In this document: piece after piece, positions 44,929-53,888 of the stretch
Layout of the letters: every line of letters starts with the position of its first letter
Position numbering within the stretch: the stretch's first letter is position 1
Source of the DNA: Chloroflexota bacterium
Lineage (GTDB): Bacteria; Chloroflexota; Limnocylindria; P2-11E
NCBI GenBank assembly: GCA_005889405.1
Contig: VBFY01000056.1
Span: 46,389-110,388, forward strand
Length of the DNA: 64,000 nucleotides
Direction: 5' to 3'
Position numbers and translations under genes: made by a program
Notes under the pieces: model-generated
Told to the model about the DNA's origin: nothing
The model's input: the letters and a program-made list of their open reading frames with translations, nothing else
Database searches by the model: none

Positions 44929-45623
44929 TCCCGCTGCGGGATGCGAATCCCGTACGCAGCGCACCGATCGTCAACCGCCTCCTCCTCGCGGTGAACCTCG
45001 CCGTCTGGCTCTACATCGTGTATCTCACTCGGCAACCGGGAGCGATGGAGGCGTTCTTCGACCGCTACTCGTTCGACTGGCTCGAGTTCACGCGGCGCAT
45101 CTCGTCAGGCGATCTTGGAGCAGCGACGTTCGTGCCCCTCGTGTCGCACATGTTCCTGCACGGCGGCTGGCTACACGTGCTTGGGAACATGCTCTATCTC
45201 TGGATCTTCGGCGACAACGTCGAAGACCGGTTCGGCAGCGCCCAATACCTGGTCTTCTACCTGCTGTGCGGCGTCGTCGCGGCGATCGGGCAGGGACTCG
45301 TCTCGCCCTCGCCGATGGTCGGCGCGTCCGGCGCGATCGCGGGCGTGCTCGCCGCCTACCTCATCATGTATCCGACCGCGCGCGTGTCGACGCTGGTGTT
45401 CCTCGGGCTGTTCATCACGATCGTCGAGCTGCCCGCGCTCATCGTCATCGGGATGTTCATCGTGCTCCAGGTCATCGAGGGTGTTGCCGAGCTGCGCCTC
45501 ACCGGTCACGCCGCCACCCAGCAGATCGCGTATTTCGCGCACATCTTCGGATTCGTCGCGGGATTGGTGTTGCTCGTATTCTTCCGGCGCGCCGATGCGG
45601 CACGCCGCGTTCGTTTCGGTTGA
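44925..45623 (+). CDS. rhomboid-family intramembrane serine protease
   Basis: The TTG start overlaps the upstream stop (TTGA). GxSG (GASGAIAG) is in TM4 and His (AHIFGF) in TM6, with 6-7 TM helices. Confidence 0.8.
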   Translation: MIPLRDANPVRSAPIVNRLLLAVNLAVWLYIVYLTRQPGAMEAFFDRYSFDWLEFTRRISSGDLGAATFVPLVSHMFLHGGWLHVLGNMLYLWIFGDNVEDRFGSAQYLVFYLLCGVVAAIGQGLVSPSPMVGASGAIAGVLAAYLIMYPTARVSTLVFLGLFITIVELPALIVIGMFIVLQVIEGVAELRLTGHAATQQIAYFAHIFGFVAGLVLLVFFRRADAARRVRFG

Positions 45624-45668
45624 CACGCAAACAGGCGAACGCGGACCGGGTGGAGGTAGCCTAAGGCG

Positions 45669-46169
45669 ATGCTCGTCCCCTGCACGGTCGAGTCGGTCCG
45701 AGTGCATGTCCTCACTGGTCAGCACGTTGTGCTGCTTCAAGCGAAGGAGAGCAACCGCCTTCTTCCGATCTGGATCGGACCCGACCAGGCACACAGCATC
45801 GCGACGCGCATCGCCGGTATCGCGAGCGAGCGTCCGCTCACTCACGACCTGATGATGGATGTGCTCACCAAGCTCGGCGTCGAGATCACGCGCATCGTCG
45901 TGAAGGATCTCGTCGCCGACGACAGCGGAGGCGGTGTGTTCCACGGCAGCCTGTTCCTGCAGTTCGGCGAGCGCGAGGTCGAGATCGACTGCCGGCCGTC
46001 TGATGCCATCGCTCTCGCGGTGCGCTGCGAGGCGCGCATCCTCGTGTCGGACACGGTGCTCGATCGCTCCGCGATCTCCGCGGAGAGCGAGGACGACGAG
46101 AACATCGCGGTGTTCAAGGAGTTCATCCAGACCCTTCCCGACGATCCGCCGGGTTCGAGCTCCAGCTAA
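45669..46169 (+). CDS. bifunctional nuclease family protein (BFN/DUF151)
   Basis: LPIWIGPDQAHSIA...RPLTHDLMMDVL...EIDCRPSDAIALAVR matches the DUF151 consensus. Confidence 0.8.
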   Translation: MLVPCTVESVRVHVLTGQHVVLLQAKESNRLLPIWIGPDQAHSIATRIAGIASERPLTHDLMMDVLTKLGVEITRIVVKDLVADDSGGGVFHGSLFLQFGEREVEIDCRPSDAIALAVRCEARILVSDTVLDRSAISAESEDDENIAVFKEFIQTLPDDPPGSSSS

Positions 46170-46885
46170 GCGGGAAGTCCCCAGAGCCGGAGGCGCAGGC
46201 GCAAGAGGTCGCGGATCGCGCGCAGGATCACCTTCGGCTGCTGGCCCTTCGCCTTACCGGCGCTGCGTGGGTAATGCGGTACGCCGACCTCCCGCATACG
46301 GATGCCAGCGCGCCTCAGCGTGATGAGCATCTCCGCTGAGAAGAAGGCGCCGTTCGAGCGGACGCTCCCCAGCGGAACGCGCTCGAACACTTCGCGACGG
46401 AAGAGCTTGAACGCGCAGTCCACGTCGCGGAAACCTCCGAAGAACATGACGCGGATCACGCGGTTGTAGACCCATGCGACGAAACGCGTTCGCGGCGGAT
46501 CCCGACGCTTCAGGCGATAGCCCAACACGACATCGACCCCGTCGATGGCGGCCGTCAGGCGCCCGAGGTCCGCGATGTCGAACTGCCGATCGCCGTCGGT
46601 GAAGAAGATGAACTCCTTCGTCCCCGACAGCAGGCCGGAGCGCACCGCGCCGCCGTAGCCGCGGCGCGCGCCGTGGTGGACGACGTGCACGCGCGGGTCG
46701 GCCTTCGAGAGGTCGTCGGCGATCTTCCCGGTCCTGTCGGTGCTGCCGTCGTCGATCACCGTGACCTCGATGTCGTCGGCGAAACGCGGCAACACCGTCA
46801 GCGCGTCACGCACCACGGCCTCCACGTGATCTTCCTCGTTGAGCGCCGGAAAGAAGAACGAGAGGCTGCTGAGTCGTGCGGACAA
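46166..46885 (-). CDS. GT2 glycosyltransferase (polyprenol-phosphate sugar synthase, DPM1/Ppm1-like)
   Basis: 239 aa with a GT-A fold, DxD (TVIDDGSTD; FTDGD) motifs and DPM1-like size. Confidence 0.8.
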   Translation of the reverse strand: MSARLSSLSFFFPALNEEDHVEAVVRDALTVLPRFADDIEVTVIDDGSTDRTGKIADDLSKADPRVHVVHHGARRGYGGAVRSGLLSGTKEFIFFTDGDRQFDIADLGRLTAAIDGVDVVLGYRLKRRDPPRTRFVAWVYNRVIRVMFFGGFRDVDCAFKLFRREVFERVPLGSVRSNGAFFSAEMLITLRRAGIRMREVGVPHYPRSAGKAKGQQPKVILRAIRDLLRLRLRLWGLPA

Positions 46886-46915
46886 CGCAGCGCAAGGTTA
46901 GCGTGTTGCGTCGGG

Positions 46916-48106
46916 ATGACCTGGAGCGACCGCAGGATCGCGATCGCGCTCGCGGCCTCAGGCGCCGTGGCGTACCTCGTCGCCGGGCTCGGACTTGTCA
47001 CCGATTACGACTATTACGGACGTCTCGCGCAGTCGCTCCTGCAGGGGCAGTGGTGGGTGAGCGAAGCGCCGCCGTGGCTCAACGAGCTCGTGCCGTGCGG
47101 CGTGGAGCGCTGGTGCGTCGTCTATCCACCGCTCCCGGCGGTGCTCGCGATGCCGCTTGCGACGGTGCTGCCGACCGCGTTCGCGCAGGTGCTCGTTTCG
47201 CGCATCGCCGGCGGTGTCTCGGCTGGGATCCTGTATCTGGCGCTGCGCGCGTTCGGCGCGCCGCGTTTCGTCGCGATCACCGGAACGGCCCTCTCGGCCT
47301 TCGGGACCACGCTGTTCTTCTCGAGCGTGGATGGACGCGCGTGGTTCGCGGCGCACGCGGTCGCGATGCCGTTCATCTGCGCCGCGCTGCTGTTCGCCGC
47401 TCGCGGCGAGCGCGCGTGGATCGTCGGCGTCTGTATCGGACTCGCGGCGCTGGCTCGCCTCCCTGTCGCCGCCGCGGCACCGGCGCTCGCGCTGCTCCTC
47501 GCGCGTCGCGCGGGCACGCCGTATCTGGGAGCGCTGGGCGGCGTCGTGATCGGCGGCGCGCCGTTCGCGCTCGTGTACGTCGGTTGGAACCTGCTGCGAT
47601 GGGGATCGGTGTTCGACGCGGGATACGTGCAGCTCACGCAGGGCGACGTCTTCTTCACGCGGGGCCTCTTTTCGCCGTTCTATCTGCCGCGCCACATCTA
47701 CGCGATCTTCCTCGAGCCACCCGACCTCGTGGAGGGGACACCGTTCTTCCTGCGGCCGCGGGGTATCGGCACGGCGCTCTTCCTGACGACGCCGGCATTC
47801 CTGTGGCTCTTTGCGGGTCTCCGCAGCGTGCGTCGTGACGCCGTCACCGCGGCCGTTGCGTTCGCGGCGCTGCTTGCGCTCGTCCCCGACATCTTCCACG
47901 GCACCGTCGGCTTCCAGCAGTTCGGCTATCGCTTTTCGATGGACGCGCAGCCGTTCCTCGTCGCGCTCGCGCTCGTCGGGGATGCGCGCGGCCGTTCCGC
48001 ATGGCGCGCGCGCCCATCGTGGCTCCTCGTCGCGGTGGTGACGGTGTCGATCGCGATCAATCTGTACGCGATGATCGCGATCACGCGGTTCGACTACTGG
48101 CAGTGA
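46916..48106 (+). CDS. polytopic GT-C-like membrane glycosyltransferase (family unresolved)
   Basis: ~397 aa with 9-11 TM helices and an acidic first-loop motif (VTDYDYYGRL). It is divergent from the GT2 gene. Only the distal part of track ORF 46673..48106 is genuine. Confidence 0.45.
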   Translation: MTWSDRRIAIALAASGAVAYLVAGLGLVTDYDYYGRLAQSLLQGQWWVSEAPPWLNELVPCGVERWCVVYPPLPAVLAMPLATVLPTAFAQVLVSRIAGGVSAGILYLALRAFGAPRFVAITGTALSAFGTTLFFSSVDGRAWFAAHAVAMPFICAALLFAARGERAWIVGVCIGLAALARLPVAAAAPALALLLARRAGTPYLGALGGVVIGGAPFALVYVGWNLLRWGSVFDAGYVQLTQGDVFFTRGLFSPFYLPRHIYAIFLEPPDLVEGTPFFLRPRGIGTALFLTTPAFLWLFAGLRSVRRDAVTAAVAFAALLALVPDIFHGTVGFQQFGYRFSMDAQPFLVALALVGDARGRSAWRARPSWLLVAVVTVSIAINLYAMIAITRFDYWQ

Positions 48107-48124
48107 CCGGATCCAGAGCCGACC

Positions 48125-51100
48125 GTGCGCGATGACCGCCGCGCGCGCCTCGCCATGGCGGGCCTCATCACCGTCGGCGTCGCGCTGCGCCTGCTGACGC
48201 TGCGGTCCCCCGGGTTCCCCAGCGACGTCGGCACCTTCCAGGCGTGGGCCGAGCATCTCGTCCAGGTCGGACCGAGCGGGTTCTATGCGCCGGACTACTT
48301 CAGCGATTACCCGCCGGCGTATCTCTACGTCCTCTGGCTGTTCGGCGCGTTGTTCGATGGTGAGCTGCTCCGTCTCGCGGTGAAGGCCGCGAGCATCCCG
48401 GCCGACATCGCGATCGCCGTCGGAGGGGCGACGCTGGTGTGGCGTCACGCGGGTCGCACGAGCGCGATCCTCGCAGCAGGTCTTTGGTCGCTCTCGCCGG
48501 CTGCGATCTTCGCCGGCCCGTACTGGGGGCAGATCGACGCCGTGGGTTCGCTGCCCCTCTTCGCGGCCCTCGTCACCGCGGGACGCGGCCGCTGGGCCAC
48601 GGCCGGTGGGCTCGCGGCGCTCGCCGCGATGGTGAAGCCGCAGTTCGGCATCGGCGTGGTGGTGCTCGCCGCCGCCGTGCTCATCGAGCTGATCCGCTAC
48701 GGACGCTGGCAGCCACTGGGGCGCGTCGCGCTCGCCGGCATCATCACGGCTCTCGCGCTGGGCGCGCCGTTCAGGGCCGGGCCCGCGGAGCTCATCGATC
48801 TCGTGAAGAAGGCATCCGAGACCTATCCGTACACCTCGCTCTTCGCGTTCAACGTCTGGTCGATCGTCGCCGATTTCTGGCAGCCCGATGCCGCGTTCGT
48901 CGGCCTCGGAACGCTCCTCCTCGTCGCGGGCCTGGTCGGCTCGTGCGTGCCGCTGTGGTGGCGCCGCGACACCGCGACGTTCCTCGCGGCGGGCACGCTC
49001 GCGGCCTGCGCCTTCTACTTCCTGCCCACGCGCGCCCACGAGCGGTACCTGTTCCCCGCGTTGGTGTTGCTGCTTCCGCTGGCCGCGGTACGCGCGCGCC
49101 TCCTCTGGCCTTACGTCGTGTTCTCGCTCGGCTTCGCGCTGACGCTGTACTTCGCGTTCACGCGCTACGCGCAGAACGACCTCAGGTCGCCGCCGTGGCT
49201 CGAGGCGTCGCTCTTCTCGCGTACGGGACAGATCGTGCTCGCGCTCTTCATGCTCGGCACCGCCGCGCTGGTCGCATGGCGGCTCCTCCGCGGCGAGGCA
49301 CGGCTCGAGCCGTCACTGGAGGTCTCCCTTCCGCCGGCACCATCGCCGGCGGCGGAGCCGCGCACCGCGTGGAGCCTGCCGTCGGCGCTCGCGGCGGGAC
49401 ACGCGCCGACGCGCCGCGATCTTTCGATCGCGCTGCTCGTCGCGCTCGCGGTCCTGGTGACGCGCGGCTATCGCATCGATCACCCGCGGGACATGTACTT
49501 CGACGAGGTCTATCACGCGCGCACCGCGTTCGAGCTCCTCGCGCAGCGCGATCCGTACGAGTGGACGCACCCTCATCTCGCGAAGGAGATGATGGCGCTC
49601 GGGATCCTCGCGTTCGGGGATGACCGGGTCGTCGGTCGCGAGCCGCTGCGCCCGAACGTCGTCGCGTTCGCCGTCGGTCCGGATGGCACGCGCGCGTACG
49701 CCACGTCTGATGGCTTCATCAGCGTCAGCGGGCGCGACGGCGCGGCGCCCCGTGACGTCGCGAAAGGTGCGCTCGGGGTCCGGCGCATCGTCCTCGACCG
49801 CGACCGCGTTTTCTGGGTCACCGATACCGAGCTCTTCCAGGATCCGCTGAAGGAGTCACCCAGCAACAGCGCCATCGCCCGGACGACGCTGCCCATGAGC
49901 GGACCGGTCACCGCCCTCTTCATGTCGAGCGGCCGTGTCGTCGCTCTGTCCGCGTCCGGCACCGCCATCTACACGGCGGTCGACGCGGCGCCGATCGTCT
50001 CGCGGCTTGGCGGCGTGGCCGCGACGTCGAACACCGACGGTACGGAGCTCTATGTTCTCGACGCGCGTGGCGACGTGCACGTCGTCGATCCGGCGACGGG
50101 ATCCGAGACGCGGCAGCTGCCCGGTGGTGGTCCGGGCCGCGCGATCGCGTATGCGCAGGGGCCGAACCGGCTCTTCGTGGCACGCACCGACGCGCCGGCG
50201 CTGGATGTCTACGAGCTACCGAACGGGCAGCGGGACTCGGTGACGCTGGGCAACGCGCGCACCGGCACGTTCTCGTCCGGCGCCACCGCCCTTGCGCTCG
50301 TGCCGCGCACGCAGTTCCTCTACGCCCTCGCGGAGGGCCGCGTCGTGGTCGTCGAGGTCCACGGTGCGTCGCCGTTCGCGTCGATACCCGTGTCCGGATC
50401 GCTTCTCGGTGTCGATAACGATGAGGACAAGCTTCTCGTCGCCGGCACAGACGGCGCCGAGCGCATCGAAACAGGACGTCACGCGCTGGCCTGGCGCCTG
50501 CCCGGCGCGGTGCTCGGCGCGATCCTCGCGTTCTTCCTCGTGCTGCTCGCGCGCCGCCTCTTCGCCTCGCCCGTCGTCGCGTGGCTCGTCGGCGCGGCGG
50601 TGCTGCTGTGCGGATCGATGTTCGCGCAGGCACGCATCGGCATGAACGACATCTACGTGGCGACCTTCATCGTCGCGGGGTGGTACTTCATCGTCGCCGC
50701 GCATACGCCGAGGCGTTCCGCCGCGCTCGATATCGTGATCGCTGGAGCAATGCTCGGGCTCGGCCTCGCCTCGAAGTGGGCCGCGGCCTACACGCTGGGT
50801 GGCGTCTTCGTGCTCGCCGTCGGCGTCACCGCGTTCGCGTATGAACGCGGACGGCCTGGGACCGGCGGACCGCTCGACCTGCTCGCGGGCCGCGGCCGCA
50901 ACGCCGCCTTGCTCTTCGCCTCGTTCGCCGTGATCCCGCTGGTCATCTACCTTGCGAGCTACGTCAGCTGGTTCGGTGGAGCGACGGCGCCGTATGGCTG
51001 GAATCTGTGGGAGCTGACGCAGCAGATGTACTGGTATCACAGCTCGCTCACCGCGCCGCACTGCGCGGGCTCGCCGTGGTGGAGCTGGCCGCTGGATCTC

Positions 51101-51694
51101 AAACCCGTCTACTGGTACTTCGGCGCGAGCAGCGGAGGCACGAATGGGTACATCTATGACGCGGGCAACATCGTGCTCTTCTGGGCGGCGCTGCCGGCTG
51201 CCGCGCTCACCGTCGCGCTTGCAGTACGCGCGCGGTCGCACTCGCTCGGCGTGCTGTCGCTCGCGATGCTCGCGCAGTACCTCGCCTGGATCCCGATCTC
51301 ACGCGTGCTGTTCTTCTATCACTTCTTCACCGTGCTGCCCTTCTATCTGCTCTGTCTGGCGGCGATGCTCGCCGTGCTGTGGGAGCGCCGGCGAAAGGCC
51401 GTGCTCGTTTTCCTCGGGGTGGCCGCGGCGGCCTTCGTCATCTTCTATCCGTACGTCTCCGGCCTGCCCATCCCCGGCGAGCTCGGGAGCCTCTACGCGA
51501 TCCTGCCCACCTGGCAGTACGACCCGACGTTCTATCCCACCGACTCGTGTCCGACGCCGGTGAGCGCCAGTGCGCTGACGTCGGCGACGGTCGCGGGAGC
51601 ATGGATCATCGAGACGGCCGTGCTGCTCCTCGCCGTCGCCGTGGCGATCGGCTTGCCGCCCGCGCGACGGCTGCTCGACCGGCTCGGGTTCTAG
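48125..51694 (+). CDS. giant membrane protein (1189 aa): GT-C module fused to a PMT (GT39)-like protein mannosyltransferase carrying an inserted YVTN-type beta-propeller
   Basis: N-terminal ~400 aa GT-C-like polytopic domain (PDYFSDYPPAYLY). Residues ~440-480 carry the PMT loop-1/TM2 signature (DMYFDEVYHARTAFELL...EWTHPHLAKEMMALGILAFG). Residues ~490-780 carry LYVLDARGDVHVVDPATG-type YVTN repeats. The C-terminal ~400 aa are polytopic. Confidence 0.6.
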   Translation: MRDDRRARLAMAGLITVGVALRLLTLRSPGFPSDVGTFQAWAEHLVQVGPSGFYAPDYFSDYPPAYLYVLWLFGALFDGELLRLAVKAASIPADIAIAVGGATLVWRHAGRTSAILAAGLWSLSPAAIFAGPYWGQIDAVGSLPLFAALVTAGRGRWATAGGLAALAAMVKPQFGIGVVVLAAAVLIELIRYGRWQPLGRVALAGIITALALGAPFRAGPAELIDLVKKASETYPYTSLFAFNVWSIVADFWQPDAAFVGLGTLLLVAGLVGSCVPLWWRRDTATFLAAGTLAACAFYFLPTRAHERYLFPALVLLLPLAAVRARLLWPYVVFSLGFALTLYFAFTRYAQNDLRSPPWLEASLFSRTGQIVLALFMLGTAALVAWRLLRGEARLEPSLEVSLPPAPSPAAEPRTAWSLPSALAAGHAPTRRDLSIALLVALAVLVTRGYRIDHPRDMYFDEVYHARTAFELLAQRDPYEWTHPHLAKEMMALGILAFGDDRVVGREPLRPNVVAFAVGPDGTRAYATSDGFISVSGRDGAAPRDVAKGALGVRRIVLDRDRVFWVTDTELFQDPLKESPSNSAIARTTLPMSGPVTALFMSSGRVVALSASGTAIYTAVDAAPIVSRLGGVAATSNTDGTELYVLDARGDVHVVDPATGSETRQLPGGGPGRAIAYAQGPNRLFVARTDAPALDVYELPNGQRDSVTLGNARTGTFSSGATALALVPRTQFLYALAEGRVVVVEVHGASPFASIPVSGSLLGVDNDEDKLLVAGTDGAERIETGRHALAWRLPGAVLGAILAFFLVLLARRLFASPVVAWLVGAAVLLCGSMFAQARIGMNDIYVATFIVAGWYFIVAAHTPRRSAALDIVIAGAMLGLGLASKWAAAYTLGGVFVLAVGVTAFAYERGRPGTGGPLDLLAGRGRNAALLFASFAVIPLVIYLASYVSWFGGATAPYGWNLWELTQQMYWYHSSLTAPHCAGSPWWSWPLDLKPVYWYFGASSGGTNGYIYDAGNIVLFWAALPAAALTVALAVRARSHSLGVLSLAMLAQYLAWIPISRVLFFYHFFTVLPFYLLCLAAMLAVLWERRRKAVLVFLGVAAAAFVIFYPYVSGLPIPGELGSLYAILPTWQYDPTFYPTDSCPTPVSASALTSATVAGAWIIETAVLLLAVAVAIGLPPARRLLDRLGF

Positions 51695-52596
51695 GGGCTC
51701 GCGCTCGGCGACGGTTCCAGCGACGGCGACGCCGACGGCGACGGCGCCGGAGAGGGCGTCGCGGTCTCGGTCGCCGTTGGCGAAGCGGTCACGGGACTTG
51801 GACGTGCCGACGTGGCCGGAGGCACGGAGCTCGCCGCGAAAAGGACCGCGATGGCGCCGCCGACCGTGACGAGGATCAGGAGCGCGAACACGACGAACGC
51901 GGCCGCGCGGCCCGCGGCGCTGGTGACCGTAGCCGAGCGACCCGGCGCATGCAGCAGGACGGTGATGTTGTCCTGACCGCCGCGGGCGTTCGCGAGGTCG
52001 ACGAGCGCGTTCGCCGCCGTGCGCACATCCTCACCGCTCGCGACCTTCGCGATCTCCTCTGGCGTGACGTGTCGCGTGAGACCGTCGCTGCAGAGCAGGA
52101 GACGGTCTGCCGGACGCAAAGTCTCGACGAAGATGTCGGGCTGGATGCCGCGAACGTCACCGGCGAAGCGCGTGATCGCGTGCGCCGCCTCACCGGAATG
52201 ATCTTCGGTGAGCTGCCGGCTCACGCCGTCGCGGATCAGGTAGGCACGGCTGTCGCCGAGGTTGGCGATGATCGCCTGATCGGCGCGCACCGCCGCCGCG
52301 ACGATCGTGGTCGCCGCATCGCGATGGCCCGAGGAGATCGCCGCCCGCAGCACCGCGGCATTGGCATCGCGCATCGCCTCCGCGAGAGCATCGCTCGTCG
52401 CGCGATCCGGCGGTGCACCGAAGAAGCGGAGCCCAAGCTCGACCATCGCGGCGTCGGCGGCGATCTCACCACCGCTCGATCCGCCGACGCCGTCCGCGAC
52501 GGCGAGCAGCGTGACGCCACGCTCTTCGCGGACGAGGTAGCGATCTTCGTTCCCGTCACGGACGCGACCTGTATCCGTCTTCACACCGGTCGCCAT
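51691..52596 (-). CDS. PP2C-family Ser/Thr phosphatase with a C-terminal TM helix and a Pro/Ser/Thr-rich tail
   Basis: Intact PPM motifs (AVADGVGG, NLGDSRAYL, CSDGLT, GQDNITV). Start MATGVKTDTGRVR is 5 nt after the kinase stop. Confidence 0.85.
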   Translation of the reverse strand: MATGVKTDTGRVRDGNEDRYLVREERGVTLLAVADGVGGSSGGEIAADAAMVELGLRFFGAPPDRATSDALAEAMRDANAAVLRAAISSGHRDAATTIVAAAVRADQAIIANLGDSRAYLIRDGVSRQLTEDHSGEAAHAITRFAGDVRGIQPDIFVETLRPADRLLLCSDGLTRHVTPEEIAKVASGEDVRTAANALVDLANARGGQDNITVLLHAPGRSATVTSAAGRAAAFVVFALLILVTVGGAIAVLFAASSVPPATSARPSPVTASPTATETATPSPAPSPSASPSLEPSPSASP

Positions 52597-52601
52597 GCGC
52601 G

Positions 52602-53885
52602 TCAGTCCTGTGACTTCCCGCTGCAGTCCTTGCCGCCGACGAGGAAGAGGCGCGCGGTCGCGCCCTGCTGCACGGCCGTCCCCGGCTGTGGCTCCTGCCG
52701 CGCGACCGTGCAGGCCTGACCCTGCGCCGCCGGGTCCACCTGCCACGGCACCGGAGACCGGTAGCCGGCCGCGATCAGAAGCCGCGCTGCCTCATCGACA
52801 CTCTTCCCGACGACGTTCGGTGCGACGTGCGCGGCGGCGGACGCCGAGGGGCCGCCGGTGGGCCGCACATCGCCGACGCGACCCTGGAAGGATGCGAAGA
52901 TCGCGAGCGTCGCGACGAGCACGGCCACGATCGCAAGGAGCGCCATCGTCGTGTCGACATGGAACTCGCGGCGACCGCCGGCGCGAAGCGGTCGCGTCAC
53001 CGGCGGGAGGACGCCTGTCGCGTCGTCACGCTGTGAGGCCGCGAGCAGATCGCGTGCGAACGCTCCCGCGCTCGCGTACCGACCCTGCGGATCTCGCGCG
53101 AGCGCCTTCGCAACGACGCGGTCGATCTCCTCGCTGATGCCGACGCGCGCCGAGCGCAGCGACGGCGGCCGACCATCCAGGCGGACGCGCAGTAGATCCT
53201 CGGTCTCCATCTCGGCGTTCGGTGGTCGACCGGCGATGAGCTCGTACGCGACGAGGCCGAGGCTGTAGACATCACTGCGTTCGGTCGGAGCGCGGCCCTC
53301 GATACGCTCTGGTGCGATGTACCTGGCCGTGCCGATGAGTTCGTGCTCGCGCGGCCCGCGCGCCGCGCGCGCGATGCCGAAGTCGGCGAGCTTTGCGGTG
53401 CCCTGCTGGTCGACGATGACGTTCGCGGGCTTCACGTCGCAGTGGATGACGCCCGCTTCATGTGCCGCGTCGAGCGCGGCCGCGATCTGCGCCACCAGAC
53501 GCGCGGCCTCGTGCGGGCGGAGCGGTCCGCGGTCCGCAACGACATCACGCAGCGTTCGCCCGCGCACGAGCTCCATCACCATGAACGCGTCGACGCCGTC
53601 GCGGCCCTCGTCGAACACCGTGACGACGTTCGGATGTAGGACGGAGGCGGCGCGCCGTGCCTCGTCGGCAAAGCGCTCACGGAACGCTTCGTCGGCGGTC
53701 GGCCCCAGGATCTTGATGGCGACATCGCGGTCGAGCCGCTCGTCGCGAGCCTGCCACACCTCGCCCGCGCCACCTTCGTCGATGCGCTTTGTCAGACGGT
53801 ACCGACCCGCGAGGAGCCGGCCCTCCTTCGTGTCCTCCCCCTGCGCGGCACGTTCTTCCGATGGCATGTCTTTCATCGGTCGCAA
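52602..53885 (-). CDS. Ser/Thr protein kinase with a TM helix and an extracellular PASTA domain (PknB-like)
   Basis: Hanks motifs (VAIK, HCDVKPANV, DFG, APE), TM LLAIVAVLVATLAIF and a C-terminal PASTA (VVGKSVDEAARLLIAAGY...). The start is 3 nt after the opcA stop. Confidence 0.9.
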   Translation of the reverse strand: MRPMKDMPSEERAAQGEDTKEGRLLAGRYRLTKRIDEGGAGEVWQARDERLDRDVAIKILGPTADEAFRERFADEARRAASVLHPNVVTVFDEGRDGVDAFMVMELVRGRTLRDVVADRGPLRPHEAARLVAQIAAALDAAHEAGVIHCDVKPANVIVDQQGTAKLADFGIARAARGPREHELIGTARYIAPERIEGRAPTERSDVYSLGLVAYELIAGRPPNAEMETEDLLRVRLDGRPPSLRSARVGISEEIDRVVAKALARDPQGRYASAGAFARDLLAASQRDDATGVLPPVTRPLRAGGRREFHVDTTMALLAIVAVLVATLAIFASFQGRVGDVRPTGGPSASAAAHVAPNVVGKSVDEAARLLIAAGYRSPVPWQVDPAAQGQACTVARQEPQPGTAVQQGATARLFLVGGKDCSGKSQD

Positions 53886-53888
53886 GGC

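Noticed and set aside
41275-44964. 1229-aa minus-strand ORF spanning recF, DUF721 and the pseudophosphatase gene
   Set aside because: Arg/Ala-rich low-complexity translation with no domain features. It is antisense to well-supported genes, a typical high-GC artefact.
46958-51241. Long minus-strand ORFs (46958..49039, 49920..50633, 50216..51241) opposite the GT-C genes
   Set aside because: Antisense to a coherent polytopic membrane-protein reading frame, with no features.
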